Origin: Bacilli bacterium
GTDB lineage: Bacteria > Bacillota_I > Bacilli_A > RFN20 > CAG-826
Direction of reading: 5' to 3'
Assembly (NCBI GenBank): GCA_024695235.1
Contig: JAILIP010000020.1
Location: 543 to 64,542, forward strand
Length of the DNA stretch: 64,000 nucleotides
The notes under the pieces are model-generated. The model searched no databases and had not been told where the DNA came from. It saw only the letters and a list, made by a program, of their open reading frames with translations. The position numbers and the translations under genes were made by a program. How positions within the stretch are numbered: the first letter of the stretch is position 1; each line of letters starts with the position of its first letter. Positions 34,886-44,465 of the stretch are shown here, piece after piece.

Positions 34886-37309
34886 TTAATCGTGTTTGCG
34901 TGTTTTAATGAACATGAATCCACCGATAGATGTAATAGCAACAACGCTAATTACAACGATAATAGCGATGGTATTTGATGTGTTAACAACTCTATTAATG
35001 CCGTAACCACTAAGTGTTTGTTGAGAGTATCCGTGACCAATAAAGTCTGGATTGTAACCTAATTCTGTTTGTAATCTTGATCCGTATTTTTCAATAACGT
35101 ACTTGTATTGGTTAAGGAATGTTCTGATTTCAGCCACGCTGTCATCAAGAGTAGCATCTTGTAATCTCTTTTGAGCGCCATCTGTTGATGCTAAAGCAGT
35201 ATAAGCAACTTTTTGTTTACCCCATTCTTCTGCTAAATCATCAAAATCAGTACCTGTTCCGTGAGTTGTATCACAGATAGCATTGATTTTAGTAATAAAG
35301 TTGCTTGCGTATTCTGTTGCTTTTCTGACAGCTTCTGAAACGTCTCCAAAGTAAACTTCATCAGCTCCTGATTTAAGTTTAAGATAAACAGCAGCTTGGA
35401 TAGCTTCTTTTGCTCTAATGCCGTCAGCTGTTGTTTCAAACTTATCGCCTAAGCCACCAGCATTAATAGTTGTAATCTTGAATTCAACTGTGCGAACTTC
35501 ACCAGATGTCTTAAGATCTAAGAATGTTAATACATCATTAGCAGCAAAGCTGGTAACTTCTGTATAGTATTCGAGGTATGATGGATCAGCTGGTGCTTGG
35601 TTTTGTGTCATTGTGATAATAGATGAACCATTTTTAATGACATGATAACCTGCGCCAACACTTGTGACGCTTGATGGTAATTCGGTAAAAATTGTCTTTG
35701 CAACAACATCAACATAAATAGTTGCATTCTCCTTAGAGAACATAACCTTTTTGCCTTCATCTAAGTTGTTATTGCAAATTAATTTAGAGGTTGAGTCTGA
35801 AATGGTAGTGCTACCATCTTTATATCCCAATACATCTCCTCTAGTTAATGAAACGTTTTCGACTTTGAATTCGTTTCCTGAATTTAAAACCAATGGATAT
35901 TCTGTTGAACCAATTACTAGTTTGTAACTAGATGTGTAATCTAATGGTGTAACAACATAGTGAGCTGCATTATTTTCAAATGTGACTTTAAAGCGATAAT
36001 TACCAGCATTGGTAACGACTACTGATTTATTGTATGTTCCACCTTGTGTAACAGGGTATTCTGAAGCAGCGTATGCTGGATCAATAACTAAACTACCCCA
36101 GTTTTGCCAATCAACTTGTGAACTTGTGCTATAGACTGCTTCTACTTGAGCATTTGCTGCCAAAGTAACATCACCTTGATATGTGTTTTCTTGGCCAGAA
36201 ACTGCTGACATTCTAACAGCACCGACTAAATCTTCGCTAAATGCTGTAGGTTGGAATGAACCAACGAGGAAGAATCCAGCATCAACTGTATATGATTCAC
36301 TGCCTGCGACGCTATCAACATAGTTGACATTATCACCTTTAGCAACGACGCTAATGGTGTGTGTTCCAGGTTTAATGATTCCTTCAACTCTGCGAGTTGC
36401 AGATGTTGATACTGAGTATGGTGTTCCACCATCAACTGTAACTTCGTATGATTGGGCATTTGCAACTGCTGCCCATGTAATAGAATTATCGCTACCTTTT
36501 GTAAGAACAGGTGTTGATAATGCAGGAAGGCTTGTCATTTTTGCATACAACGTAGTTTTGCTTCCGATTAAACCGCTAAATGCAGTATTCAAACTAGCAT
36601 CTGTGTACCAGTCTAAGAATGTATATCCGCTTACTGCAAATTCAGAGGAATAGTGTTCATACTTGTTAACTTGGATACTACCAGATCCAACTTGTGTTGA
36701 TGCATCGGTTTTAGCAATAACATTAACTGTTGTATCGAAATCGGTTGTTGTAGCGGCACTACCAATATTTACCCAACTATTTTTATTTTCACCTTGTGAA
36801 TTGTCTTTGCAATATAAAGTGACGACTTTACCATGGCCATTACCAGCACTTGATTGTTCAGCACTGGTAAGATTGTTTAGATAGTTAAAGTATCTATTGT
36901 TACCATTGTTTTCTACTTGAATACTGAAATATTCTAACCATTCTGGGAATATAAATTCATATGTTCCGCTGGTTCCGCCAGCGCATAGGTTATAGCCAGT
37001 TCCATACTTTTTATATCCTCTGGTGCTTCCTTCTTTGTCCCAAGATGAACTTAAATCAGTTCCATAATAATCTTGAATAAATTCATCTAAATCAGTTGAG
37101 GAATAACCAGATGAATAGCCAAAGCCATCTAACCATAATGTCCTAAAACTCCAGCCAGCTTGGTCTACTACATCAAGTTCTGTACAATTGTACGATTGAG
37201 GAGTAGCATCAGCCTTCAAGGCTTCCTTACCTAGTCCCACAGCTGCTCCTACGGCGAGTGTAGCGGCTAATGATAAGACTGCTGTTGTGATTAATAATTT
37301 TTTCTTCAT
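34886..37309 (-). CDS. Large multidomain surface protein (signal peptide plus C-terminal TM anchor), putative glucan-binding, non-catalytic
   Basis: 807 aa. Contains a Flg_new-like repeat (SGYTFLDWYTDASLNTAF...TLYAKM) and an Fn3-like segment (ITWAAVANAQSYEVTVDG). C-terminal TIAIIVVISVVAITSIGGFMFIKTRK. No catalytic motifs seen. Confidence 0.75.
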   Translation of the reverse strand: MKKKLLITTAVLSLAATLAVGAAVGLGKEALKADATPQSYNCTELDVVDQAGWSFRTLWLDGFGYSSGYSSTDLDEFIQDYYGTDLSSSWDKEGSTRGYKKYGTGYNLCAGGTSGTYEFIFPEWLEYFSIQVENNGNNRYFNYLNNLTSAEQSSAGNGHGKVVTLYCKDNSQGENKNSWVNIGSAATTTDFDTTVNVIAKTDASTQVGSGSIQVNKYEHYSSEFAVSGYTFLDWYTDASLNTAFSGLIGSKTTLYAKMTSLPALSTPVLTKGSDNSITWAAVANAQSYEVTVDGGTPYSVSTSATRRVEGIIKPGTHTISVVAKGDNVNYVDSVAGSESYTVDAGFFLVGSFQPTAFSEDLVGAVRMSAVSGQENTYQGDVTLAANAQVEAVYSTSSQVDWQNWGSLVIDPAYAASEYPVTQGGTYNKSVVVTNAGNYRFKVTFENNAAHYVVTPLDYTSSYKLVIGSTEYPLVLNSGNEFKVENVSLTRGDVLGYKDGSTTISDSTSKLICNNNLDEGKKVMFSKENATIYVDVVAKTIFTELPSSVTSVGAGYHVIKNGSSIITMTQNQAPADPSYLEYYTEVTSFAANDVLTFLDLKTSGEVRTVEFKITTINAGGLGDKFETTADGIRAKEAIQAAVYLKLKSGADEVYFGDVSEAVRKATEYASNFITKINAICDTTHGTGTDFDDLAEEWGKQKVAYTALASTDGAQKRLQDATLDDSVAEIRTFLNQYKYVIEKYGSRLQTELGYNPDFIGHGYSQQTLSGYGINRVVNTSNTIAIIVVISVVAITSIGGFMFIKTRKHD

Positions 37310-37330
37310 ACGCGTTCTCCTTTTTAATTT

Positions 37331-39304
37331 TTAAATTACTTCAGCAAATGTATATGTAAACCAACCATGATTTTCAACTTCCCAATAGTTGTCTTGCCAA
37401 CCAGTGAATGTGATTTTGTAGTTATGTCCTGGTTGGATGGTTGTTGAACCAACATTAATAACGGAATAGTCTGTATCCCAGTTTCCGCTTCCCTTAGTTG
37501 GGTGGAAATATTTGTTTGTACTGCCGTCAATTTGATGCAAATATGCATTTAATGTGGTGGTGTTACTGGCAACGTTGAATTCTGCTTTATATACATAACC
37601 AGAATCGAGTGTTGCTGCTTCCCAAACTGAATTAACTGCGATATTAACTGTTGTGTTAGCAAATTCAGTTGTTAAATCGAAGTAAATTGTTACTTTGTTT
37701 CCAGCAGGAATTGAATATGGAACTTCTGGTGTACCAAAGTAGATATTATCGTCTTCCCATTTAGTTTTGATATAAATATCACAGCTACCGAAAGCATAAA
37801 TTACTTCATAGTAACTTGAGTCAGAGTTATCAAGGTAATGGCCCCATGTACCTTCACCATCAAATGAGTAATTGTTGATAGCAGGTTTGAAGGTAACACC
37901 ATTTGAGAAATTGATGACGTTGAATCTATCGCCAACGGAGAATTCTTGACCTTCAATTTTGTATTGATGGTAGCCATCTTCTTCTCCAATATCTGTAGCT
38001 GCAACCCATGTGCTATCTGAGAACATAATTCCGTAGCCAGTTGTTGGCATTGGATTATCATCAATAATGATGTCTGCAGATGCTGGAACACCGAAGTAAA
38101 TTGAATCACCTAAACCTGTTCCTGAATCAACTTTGATATAAATATCAACAGTGAATGCATGGAGTACTGTGTATGATGATGTTCCGTTTAGTGAGATGTA
38201 ACTACTCCATGAAGCATATTCTGGATGTTCACTTGTATGACCAAATGAAGTAGATTCAATATTGCTTATTGCCCATCCTACAGATGCATCGAAGTTATAA
38301 ACTTGGAATGTATCATTCACTGCGAATGCAGCACTTGTAACCTTATATTGCTCTCTGTTTTGATAATCTTTACCATCAGCAGCACCAGCATAGTTAGTTG
38401 TGCCATTTAGTTTGATACCAAATCCACTGATAAATGATGAATCTGGTGTGGAATCTTCATTAAAACCAAAGTAGATACTATTGTTTTCATATGCAATCTT
38501 GATGTAAACATCAGCAGATGTGAATGGATAAATTACACGATAAACAGTATCGGTCTTTTCTAGGTAATGTGCCCATTGACCACCAAATGATGCTGATTCA
38601 ATGTTTTCAACCCATCCGGCTTTGTTGCCGAAATCGTAGAGTTGGAACATATCGCCAACTGCGAATGTAGCACCTAGAATTGAATATTGTTCGCGTTGTG
38701 CTTCGCCTGGTTCAACACCGGCATATTCACCGACATACCACTTATCTTCGTGGGATTCGGTATATGACCATTTAAGACCAAAGCCAGTTTTTGGTGAACC
38801 ATCATCTGGTGTTATAGGTGTATCGCCACCTCCACCAGATCCACCTTCATCTTGGCCGGATCCACCTGAGAATCTGGCGTAGAGAATCATTCCATCAGTT
38901 GCAGGAACGATTGAATATTCTTTTGTTGCACCATTACCTTCGTATGCTTGCCAACCAGCAAAGACAGAACCACTAACCGTAGTAGTGACTTCGCTTTCAG
39001 CAGGTAAGACACTTCCGGCTTGGGCTTTATACTCAATTGCGTATTCAAGGAACTTACTTGGAATGCTTTCAGCATGTTTTCCATGGAATAAACCGTATTT
39101 GCCGATAACAAGATAAGTTGTAACTTCTTCACCTAAAGCGCCATCACCAGGACCTTGTTCATGTGGATCGTATGGTGTTAACTCTTCGCTTGTAGGTTCA
39201 TCGGAAGATTTGTCTTGGTTTTTGCCGTTATATTTAACACAGCTTGTCAAACCTAATGCTAATGCAAGAGGTAATAATAAGAATAATTTATTGTTTTTCA
39301 TCAT
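37331..39304 (-). CDS. Surface lipoprotein with three tandem ~105-aa modules plus a C-terminal beta-rich domain, putative glucan-binding
   Basis: Start placed at MMKNNK (AAGGAGG 6 nt upstream). Lipobox GLTSC. N-terminal Flg_new-like repeat, Gly/Ser linker, then three modules each starting G[FY]G[LI] and ending IYFG. Confidence 0.8.
   Translation of the reverse strand: MMKNNKLFLLLPLALALGLTSCVKYNGKNQDKSSDEPTSEELTPYDPHEQGPGDGALGEEVTTYLVIGKYGLFHGKHAESIPSKFLEYAIEYKAQAGSVLPAESEVTTTVSGSVFAGWQAYEGNGATKEYSIVPATDGMILYARFSGGSGQDEGGSGGGGDTPITPDDGSPKTGFGLKWSYTESHEDKWYVGEYAGVEPGEAQREQYSILGATFAVGDMFQLYDFGNKAGWVENIESASFGGQWAHYLEKTDTVYRVIYPFTSADVYIKIAYENNSIYFGFNEDSTPDSSFISGFGIKLNGTTNYAGAADGKDYQNREQYKVTSAAFAVNDTFQVYNFDASVGWAISNIESTSFGHTSEHPEYASWSSYISLNGTSSYTVLHAFTVDIYIKVDSGTGLGDSIYFGVPASADIIIDDNPMPTTGYGIMFSDSTWVAATDIGEEDGYHQYKIEGQEFSVGDRFNVINFSNGVTFKPAINNYSFDGEGTWGHYLDNSDSSYYEVIYAFGSCDIYIKTKWEDDNIYFGTPEVPYSIPAGNKVTIYFDLTTEFANTTVNIAVNSVWEAATLDSGYVYKAEFNVASNTTTLNAYLHQIDGSTNKYFHPTKGSGNWDTDYSVINVGSTTIQPGHNYKITFTGWQDNYWEVENHGWFTYTFAEVI
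37733..38788 (-). repeat. Three tandem diverged protein-coding repeats (aa 181-288, 302-413, 431-532 of the ORF-track protein)
   Basis: Shared skeleton G[FY]G[LI]...QY.[IV]....F.V.D.F.[LV].[ND]F....W......S[AF].......Y......Y.V[IL].[AP]F...[DV].YIK......[ND]SIYFG. Confidence 0.8.
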
Positions 39305-39314
39305 CGTTACCTCC

Positions 39315-41918
39315 TTAGTTTGCAGCAAAGGCAGATAGAGAGAATCTCACTCCACCAATGTTGCCTCCGACATTGCTTGGTGCTCCACCTAATGCTTTAA
39401 CATTAGAGAAGTTGGAATTACCAAAGATACTTGTTGGATTCATCAAGTATTCATTGGCATTTGCACCAGTGTTAATATAAATGACCATCTTTGTGTTCCA
39501 GGAACTATCACAGACACGAATAACTAGTACGTTTTCGTTTGTGGATTCATGGTAGACAAGACGTGAATCATCTGGATACATCTTCTTCAATGCGATTAGC
39601 TCTTTATACCAGCTATACATTGAATTTGGATTGCTTTGTTGATCTGAAGCTGTTGGAACATTGTCATTGGAAATGTTGTAGTTATCAAGTTCAAAGAGAT
39701 ATTGACCATGTTTGTAACTGGTTTGTGAGCTATCTCCCCATTTCATTGGTTGACGATACCAAATATCCATATTGTTATCATATTGATACTTAGGAATATG
39801 TTGATCAGTATTGGATGACATACCAAGTTCATCACCATAATAGATCCATGAAAGTCCTCTATTAAGTAATGTAACAGCGGCATGAATCTTGGCTTTATTG
39901 ATTTGATCGCCACTTCCATTAACTGATGGATTTGCGTTTGTGCCATCACCGGCATCATTTAATGTACCATTAGCTTGGTTAATGGCTCTCATAACGTCGT
40001 GGTTAGATGTGAATGAACCATCAATGAAGTCATTTCTATGACCACCAGGTAGGCTAATTCCTTTGCCATCTAATTCATATGTGTCGTTAGTTGCATAGCA
40101 ATCATATGTTTCGGCATGGTCTGCTTTAAATAAAGCAGCATTACCTTTAGCGAATAAGTATGTTGGGATGTGATAGTATTGAGCAAAGCTGAATTGAGAA
40201 TCAAGTGCTTCATAGTATGGAGCAGTACGTTTACCCCATCCATCAAAGTTTTCACCGACTAAGAAGCAGCTTGGATAATCAGCTTTTAAAGCAGTGGCAA
40301 ATTGTCTCCACCATGCAACGTTCTTAGATAGGTTAGTTGCATAGTCGACATCAATTGCGACATCTGTGCCTTTTTCATCATCGTGATATCTCTTGGTTGT
40401 GAAGTCTTCGAGCATGATATCACCATCAGCGATACATTTATCGACTTCATCCGCGCCACATTCATCTCTCATGAAGATGTGTTTGACTGCGTCAAGACGA
40501 TATCCATCAAGTCCAAAGCTAAGCCAGTATTTAGCCATATCAATGACCATTTGTCTTGTCTTTGGAGAATAGTAGTTAATTTCTGGCATTGAACCACCAA
40601 ATTTACCGTAATAGTAGTAGTGGGATTCACCATCCCTATACCAGGATGGGTTTTCACTCTCAGCGTCTTGTTTAACGGTAATCTTGGTCTTTGTGCCGTC
40701 TTCTTTGAATTTCCAGATTTGATCTGTTTCGTATTTCCAAGTGTAGACGTCTCTCCATTCATTCTTTCTACCAGCGTCATTAACGCCCCATTGGGAATTT
40801 TCAAACCAAACGTTACTCTTAGAAGTATGGTTGAGGACTAAGTCCATTAGTACTTTCATACCTTTTTCGTGTGCTTTATAGATGAGTTCACGGTAATCAT
40901 CTAAAGTACCGAACTTCTCATCAACTTTATAATAATCAATTGTGTCATATCCATGATATGAATCTGATTTTTGAATTGGGGTGAGCCATAAGCATTGGAC
41001 ACCTAAATCTTCAAGGTAATCAAGGGAATTAATAATTCCACGGATATCTCCTTTACCATCGCCATTAGAATCTCTAAATGATGCGACGAAGATTTGATAT
41101 CCAACACCAAGTTTCTTGAATTCACTAGATGTTGATGTTGATCCAGCTTTGAATTTGCCATCGTAATCTTCGGAATCACTTCTGAAGTCACCTGATGTAT
41201 CAGCAGTAATTGGGTTAACAGCTACTTGTGGAGCGCCACTACCAACATAGTATGTGTATTTTTTTAGTGCGCCTGTAGAAACAAAAATATGAATGGCCTT
41301 TCCACCTGTTGCTAAAGTTCTCCAGTTGGCAGCTTCTGAGAAATCAGGAATGTATGTTTCCTTGCCACCATCGGAGACCCAGTTGGATCTTCCATTCATA
41401 GAATTGATTCTTGGTAATAAGAAGCCAAGTTCACTCGCGCCTTCAAATGTTGTTGCTGAACCTGTCTTACCACCTACTAGTCCGCTCTTATATAAGTCGA
41501 CGTCAGCAATTGCACCGTAATCGTCATGATAAATATCGTTACCGCTTTTACCTACGTCATCAAGTGTCATCCAGCTACGAGACATTGGTTTCAATGTCAA
41601 TGTAGTTGATACTTGATCTGGTCCAGAATATGCCCATAATGAGCCTTCTAGATCATTTGGTGAGTGTTGCCATAGCCATAATGCATAATCACTATAGTTG
41701 GTCTCTTCACCACGATTGTAGTGAAAATAAAGATGGCCCGCTTTGGAAATAGAGTTAAGCCATGCGTCATAGGCTTCCTTTTCCTCATCCGTTTTGCCAT
41801 CTACATTTTGAGTTGTTTCCCCATCAGTTTTGTTATCGCTATCTTTTCCATCGACAGTGCTACATGACGAAAGAAGTAATAGGGGGATAATCGATAAAAG
41901 AGCAATTTTATTTTCCAT
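39315..41918 (-). CDS. GH13 alpha-amylase-family lipoprotein with a ~290-aa N-terminal extension
   Basis: Lipobox LLSSC. GH13 regions DLVLNHTS, GYRLDAVKH, LVGENFD, FTSNHDVMR, and SNGDGKGDIRGI...LDYL. Confidence 0.9.
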   Translation of the reverse strand: MENKIALLSIIPLLLLSSCSTVDGKDSDNKTDGETTQNVDGKTDEEKEAYDAWLNSISKAGHLYFHYNRGEETNYSDYALWLWQHSPNDLEGSLWAYSGPDQVSTTLTLKPMSRSWMTLDDVGKSGNDIYHDDYGAIADVDLYKSGLVGGKTGSATTFEGASELGFLLPRINSMNGRSNWVSDGGKETYIPDFSEAANWRTLATGGKAIHIFVSTGALKKYTYYVGSGAPQVAVNPITADTSGDFRSDSEDYDGKFKAGSTSTSSEFKKLGVGYQIFVASFRDSNGDGKGDIRGIINSLDYLEDLGVQCLWLTPIQKSDSYHGYDTIDYYKVDEKFGTLDDYRELIYKAHEKGMKVLMDLVLNHTSKSNVWFENSQWGVNDAGRKNEWRDVYTWKYETDQIWKFKEDGTKTKITVKQDAESENPSWYRDGESHYYYYGKFGGSMPEINYYSPKTRQMVIDMAKYWLSFGLDGYRLDAVKHIFMRDECGADEVDKCIADGDIMLEDFTTKRYHDDEKGTDVAIDVDYATNLSKNVAWWRQFATALKADYPSCFLVGENFDGWGKRTAPYYEALDSQFSFAQYYHIPTYLFAKGNAALFKADHAETYDCYATNDTYELDGKGISLPGGHRNDFIDGSFTSNHDVMRAINQANGTLNDAGDGTNANPSVNGSGDQINKAKIHAAVTLLNRGLSWIYYGDELGMSSNTDQHIPKYQYDNNMDIWYRQPMKWGDSSQTSYKHGQYLFELDNYNISNDNVPTASDQQSNPNSMYSWYKELIALKKMYPDDSRLVYHESTNENVLVIRVCDSSWNTKMVIYINTGANANEYLMNPTSIFGNSNFSNVKALGGAPSNVGGNIGGVRFSLSAFAAN

Positions 41919-41950
41919 AACACACTCTCTCGCTTATATAAGATACTTCC

Positions 41951-41979
41951 ATTGTATCCCTGCGCCCGCACCCAGTCAA
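41951..41979 (-). promoter_or_regulatory. Sigma-70-type promoter of the alpha-glucan operon
   Basis: On the minus strand: TTGACT, 17 nt (GGGTGCGGGCGCAGGGA), TACAAT. The -10 ends 32 nt upstream of the amylase ATG. Confidence 0.65.
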
Positions 41980-42056
41980 CACTTCTTAGAAAAATTACAA
42001 TTTTACTAATGTGATGTTTTGATTCACCTCACATTTTTGTATGTTAGAATATTGAC

Positions 42057-42845
42057 ATGCAGAAGAAACTGATCATTTTTGATATGGATGGCACGATCTA
42101 TCTAGGCAAAAACTTGATAGATGGATCGCTTGAAACATTTGAGTATTTGAACAAGAAAAATATCGATTATGTTTTCTTCACAAATAACTCCTCACACGAC
42201 CTCGATTTTTACTACAAAAAAATACGTGATTTTGGCATCAAATGTGACCTCAAAAAGAACTTCTATTCTTCAACCGAAGTTACCATATCTTATCTTTTAG
42301 ATAAAAATATCAAAAATATCTTTGTTGTTGGCAACAAATCTTTGAAGGAAAAATTCGCTAAACATTTCAACCTAATTTCCTCATATACCAAGGACCAAAA
42401 ATTAGACGCAGTTGTGTGCGGTTTTTCCACTGAACTTATATATCAAGAATTAAAGGATGCGTGTCTATATCTTCAAACACGAGATATCCCATTTATCGCG
42501 ACTAATGGAGATTGGAGATGTCCAATAGAAGATGGTCTATATATTCCTGACTGTGGAGGAATGTGCGAATGGATGTATCATTGCACAGGAAAGAAAGCCA
42601 CTGTCATGGGTAAACCAAATCCTGAAATCATCTACTATCTTGCTAAACAATTTAACGTATCTCTTGATGAGGTCTTAGTAGTAGGGGATAGACTCTACAC
42701 TGATATCCTTGTTGGAGTGAACGCTAAGGTTGATACACTATGTGTTTTAAGTGGAGAATCTTCTTTAGAAGATGTTAAAGTATATCCACATCAACCAACA
42801 TACATCGAACCATCAATTAAATCTCTCATAAAGTTATTGAAATAA
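42057..42845 (+). CDS. HAD-IIA family sugar-phosphate phosphatase (NagD/YutF-like)
   Basis: Motif I FDMDGTIY, TNNSS, C-terminal VGDRLYTDI, 262 aa. Confidence 0.8.
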   Translation: MQKKLIIFDMDGTIYLGKNLIDGSLETFEYLNKKNIDYVFFTNNSSHDLDFYYKKIRDFGIKCDLKKNFYSSTEVTISYLLDKNIKNIFVVGNKSLKEKFAKHFNLISSYTKDQKLDAVVCGFSTELIYQELKDACLYLQTRDIPFIATNGDWRCPIEDGLYIPDCGGMCEWMYHCTGKKATVMGKPNPEIIYYLAKQFNVSLDEVLVVGDRLYTDILVGVNAKVDTLCVLSGESSLEDVKVYPHQPTYIEPSIKSLIKLLK

Positions 42846-42857
42846 AAGGAGTTTTTT

Positions 42858-44465
42858 ATGGAAGCAACACAAGCAAAAAAGCCATTCAAACTCAACATGA
42901 AAAGAACAATGTTGATTGGCTTTGCCTTTTTTGGCATTTTGCTACTTTGGCAAGTCTATGACTCATGGTGTCCAACATTCTTAAGTGAATTGTTCGCTAA
43001 GATGGCGGAACCAAACTATGAAATGTGGAGAAGTTTAGCCTCACAAGCATCCAATGCTGCTCGTGATGCAGTAGCAGCTGGTAATTATGCTGAAGCCGAA
43101 CTATTAGCCGCTCAAGCTACTGACTACATTCATATGTGTAACAAAGTAGTAGAAGATCAACAATACCTTGTAGGTATTATGATGGCTATTGATAATATCG
43201 CCGCTTTAATTCTTCTTCCTATCTTTGGTACCCTTTCAGACAAAACCAAAACACCTATCGGCAAGAGAATGCCATATATTCTTGTAGGTACATTTGCATG
43301 TGCAGTCGCGTTTCCATTTATACCAGTATTATTCCACGCGAATAACCTCGCAGGTGTTATCGCTTTAATGGCTATCGTTGTCATTTTTGCGATGATGTAT
43401 CGTAACCCAGCAGTTGCTTTAATGCCTGATATCACACCAAAACCTTTACGTAGTAAAGCTAATGGTATCATCAATATCATGGGCTATATCGGTGGTGCTT
43501 TTGCCACTGTCGTTGGTATCGTATTCGTCTTAAGTCAATACTTAGGAAGTGCTACCCAACACTTAGAATACAAAGTTGGGGAAGAAACAGTTAAATCTGC
43601 TTCCTTAGTTATTAAGTCCCAATCTTGGGCATATCATAATATCTGGGCTATTGAAGGACCATTCCTTATTGGCTCAGTCTTGATGTTTGCATCAGCTATC
43701 GTCTTATTCTTCACTATCAAAGAAAACAAGATCACTGAAGAAATGAAAGATGAAATGGCTCGTGGTGAACTTGAAGCCGAAGTCGTCGACAAAGTCGAAG
43801 AAGGCAAGATGAGCAAAGCTAACAAGATCATGCTCATCCTCATTCTTGCTGCTGAATTCTTCTGGTTCATGGCCGATAACGGTATTGCTACCTTCATGGG
43901 TAACTACACCGTCTACTTCCTAGGAGCAGAATCATCATCTAACATGATTAACACCATTCTTGGTGGTGTTGGTTCAGTCATTGGCTTTGCCATCGGTGGT
44001 ATTATTGCCTCTAAGATTGGCCGTAAATATACAGTCGTATCCGGTCTAGCATTAACCGCTTTATCATATGTTCTTTGGGGAGTACTCACATTTGCAATGC
44101 TTGGTTCCATTAAAGGAAGTGGAACATTCCCATTCTGGATTTACATCATTTGGTTTGTTAAAGGTTTTGGAATGAGCCTTGTTCACGTTAACTCATTCCC
44201 AATGGTTGTTGAACTATGTCCAAATAGTAAGATTGGTAAATTCACTGGTCTATACTATGCTGCTTCAATGGCCGCTCAAACAATTACACCTATCGCCCTT
44301 GGTACACTTCTCCTCAGCGAAAGCTTCTCTTGGGAGTTCTTACCAATTTACGCTATTGCATGTGTCGTTGCGTCCCTCATCATATTCTTGTTTATCAAGA
44401 ATGTTAAATCTCATAAGACCACTTTCAAAGGTGGATTAGAAGCTATTGGAGAGGCTGACGATTAA
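42858..44465 (+). CDS. MFS-type transporter with a long central insertion
   Basis: 535 aa, about 12 TM segments in two halves separated by a charged loop (EEMKDEMARGELEAEVVDKVEEGK). Confidence 0.7.
   Translation: MEATQAKKPFKLNMKRTMLIGFAFFGILLLWQVYDSWCPTFLSELFAKMAEPNYEMWRSLASQASNAARDAVAAGNYAEAELLAAQATDYIHMCNKVVEDQQYLVGIMMAIDNIAALILLPIFGTLSDKTKTPIGKRMPYILVGTFACAVAFPFIPVLFHANNLAGVIALMAIVVIFAMMYRNPAVALMPDITPKPLRSKANGIINIMGYIGGAFATVVGIVFVLSQYLGSATQHLEYKVGEETVKSASLVIKSQSWAYHNIWAIEGPFLIGSVLMFASAIVLFFTIKENKITEEMKDEMARGELEAEVVDKVEEGKMSKANKIMLILILAAEFFWFMADNGIATFMGNYTVYFLGAESSSNMINTILGGVGSVIGFAIGGIIASKIGRKYTVVSGLALTALSYVLWGVLTFAMLGSIKGSGTFPFWIYIIWFVKGFGMSLVHVNSFPMVVELCPNSKIGKFTGLYYAASMAAQTITPIALGTLLLSESFSWEFLPIYAIACVVASLIIFLFIKNVKSHKTTFKGGLEAIGEADD

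Noticed and set aside
42008-42035. Calling the TGTGA...TCACA element a Rex or Crp/Fnr site
   Set aside because: The half-site spacing (9 or 14 nt) does not match Rex (TGTGA-N6-TCACA within an 18-bp box) or Crp/Fnr (N6). It is kept only as an unassigned palindrome.
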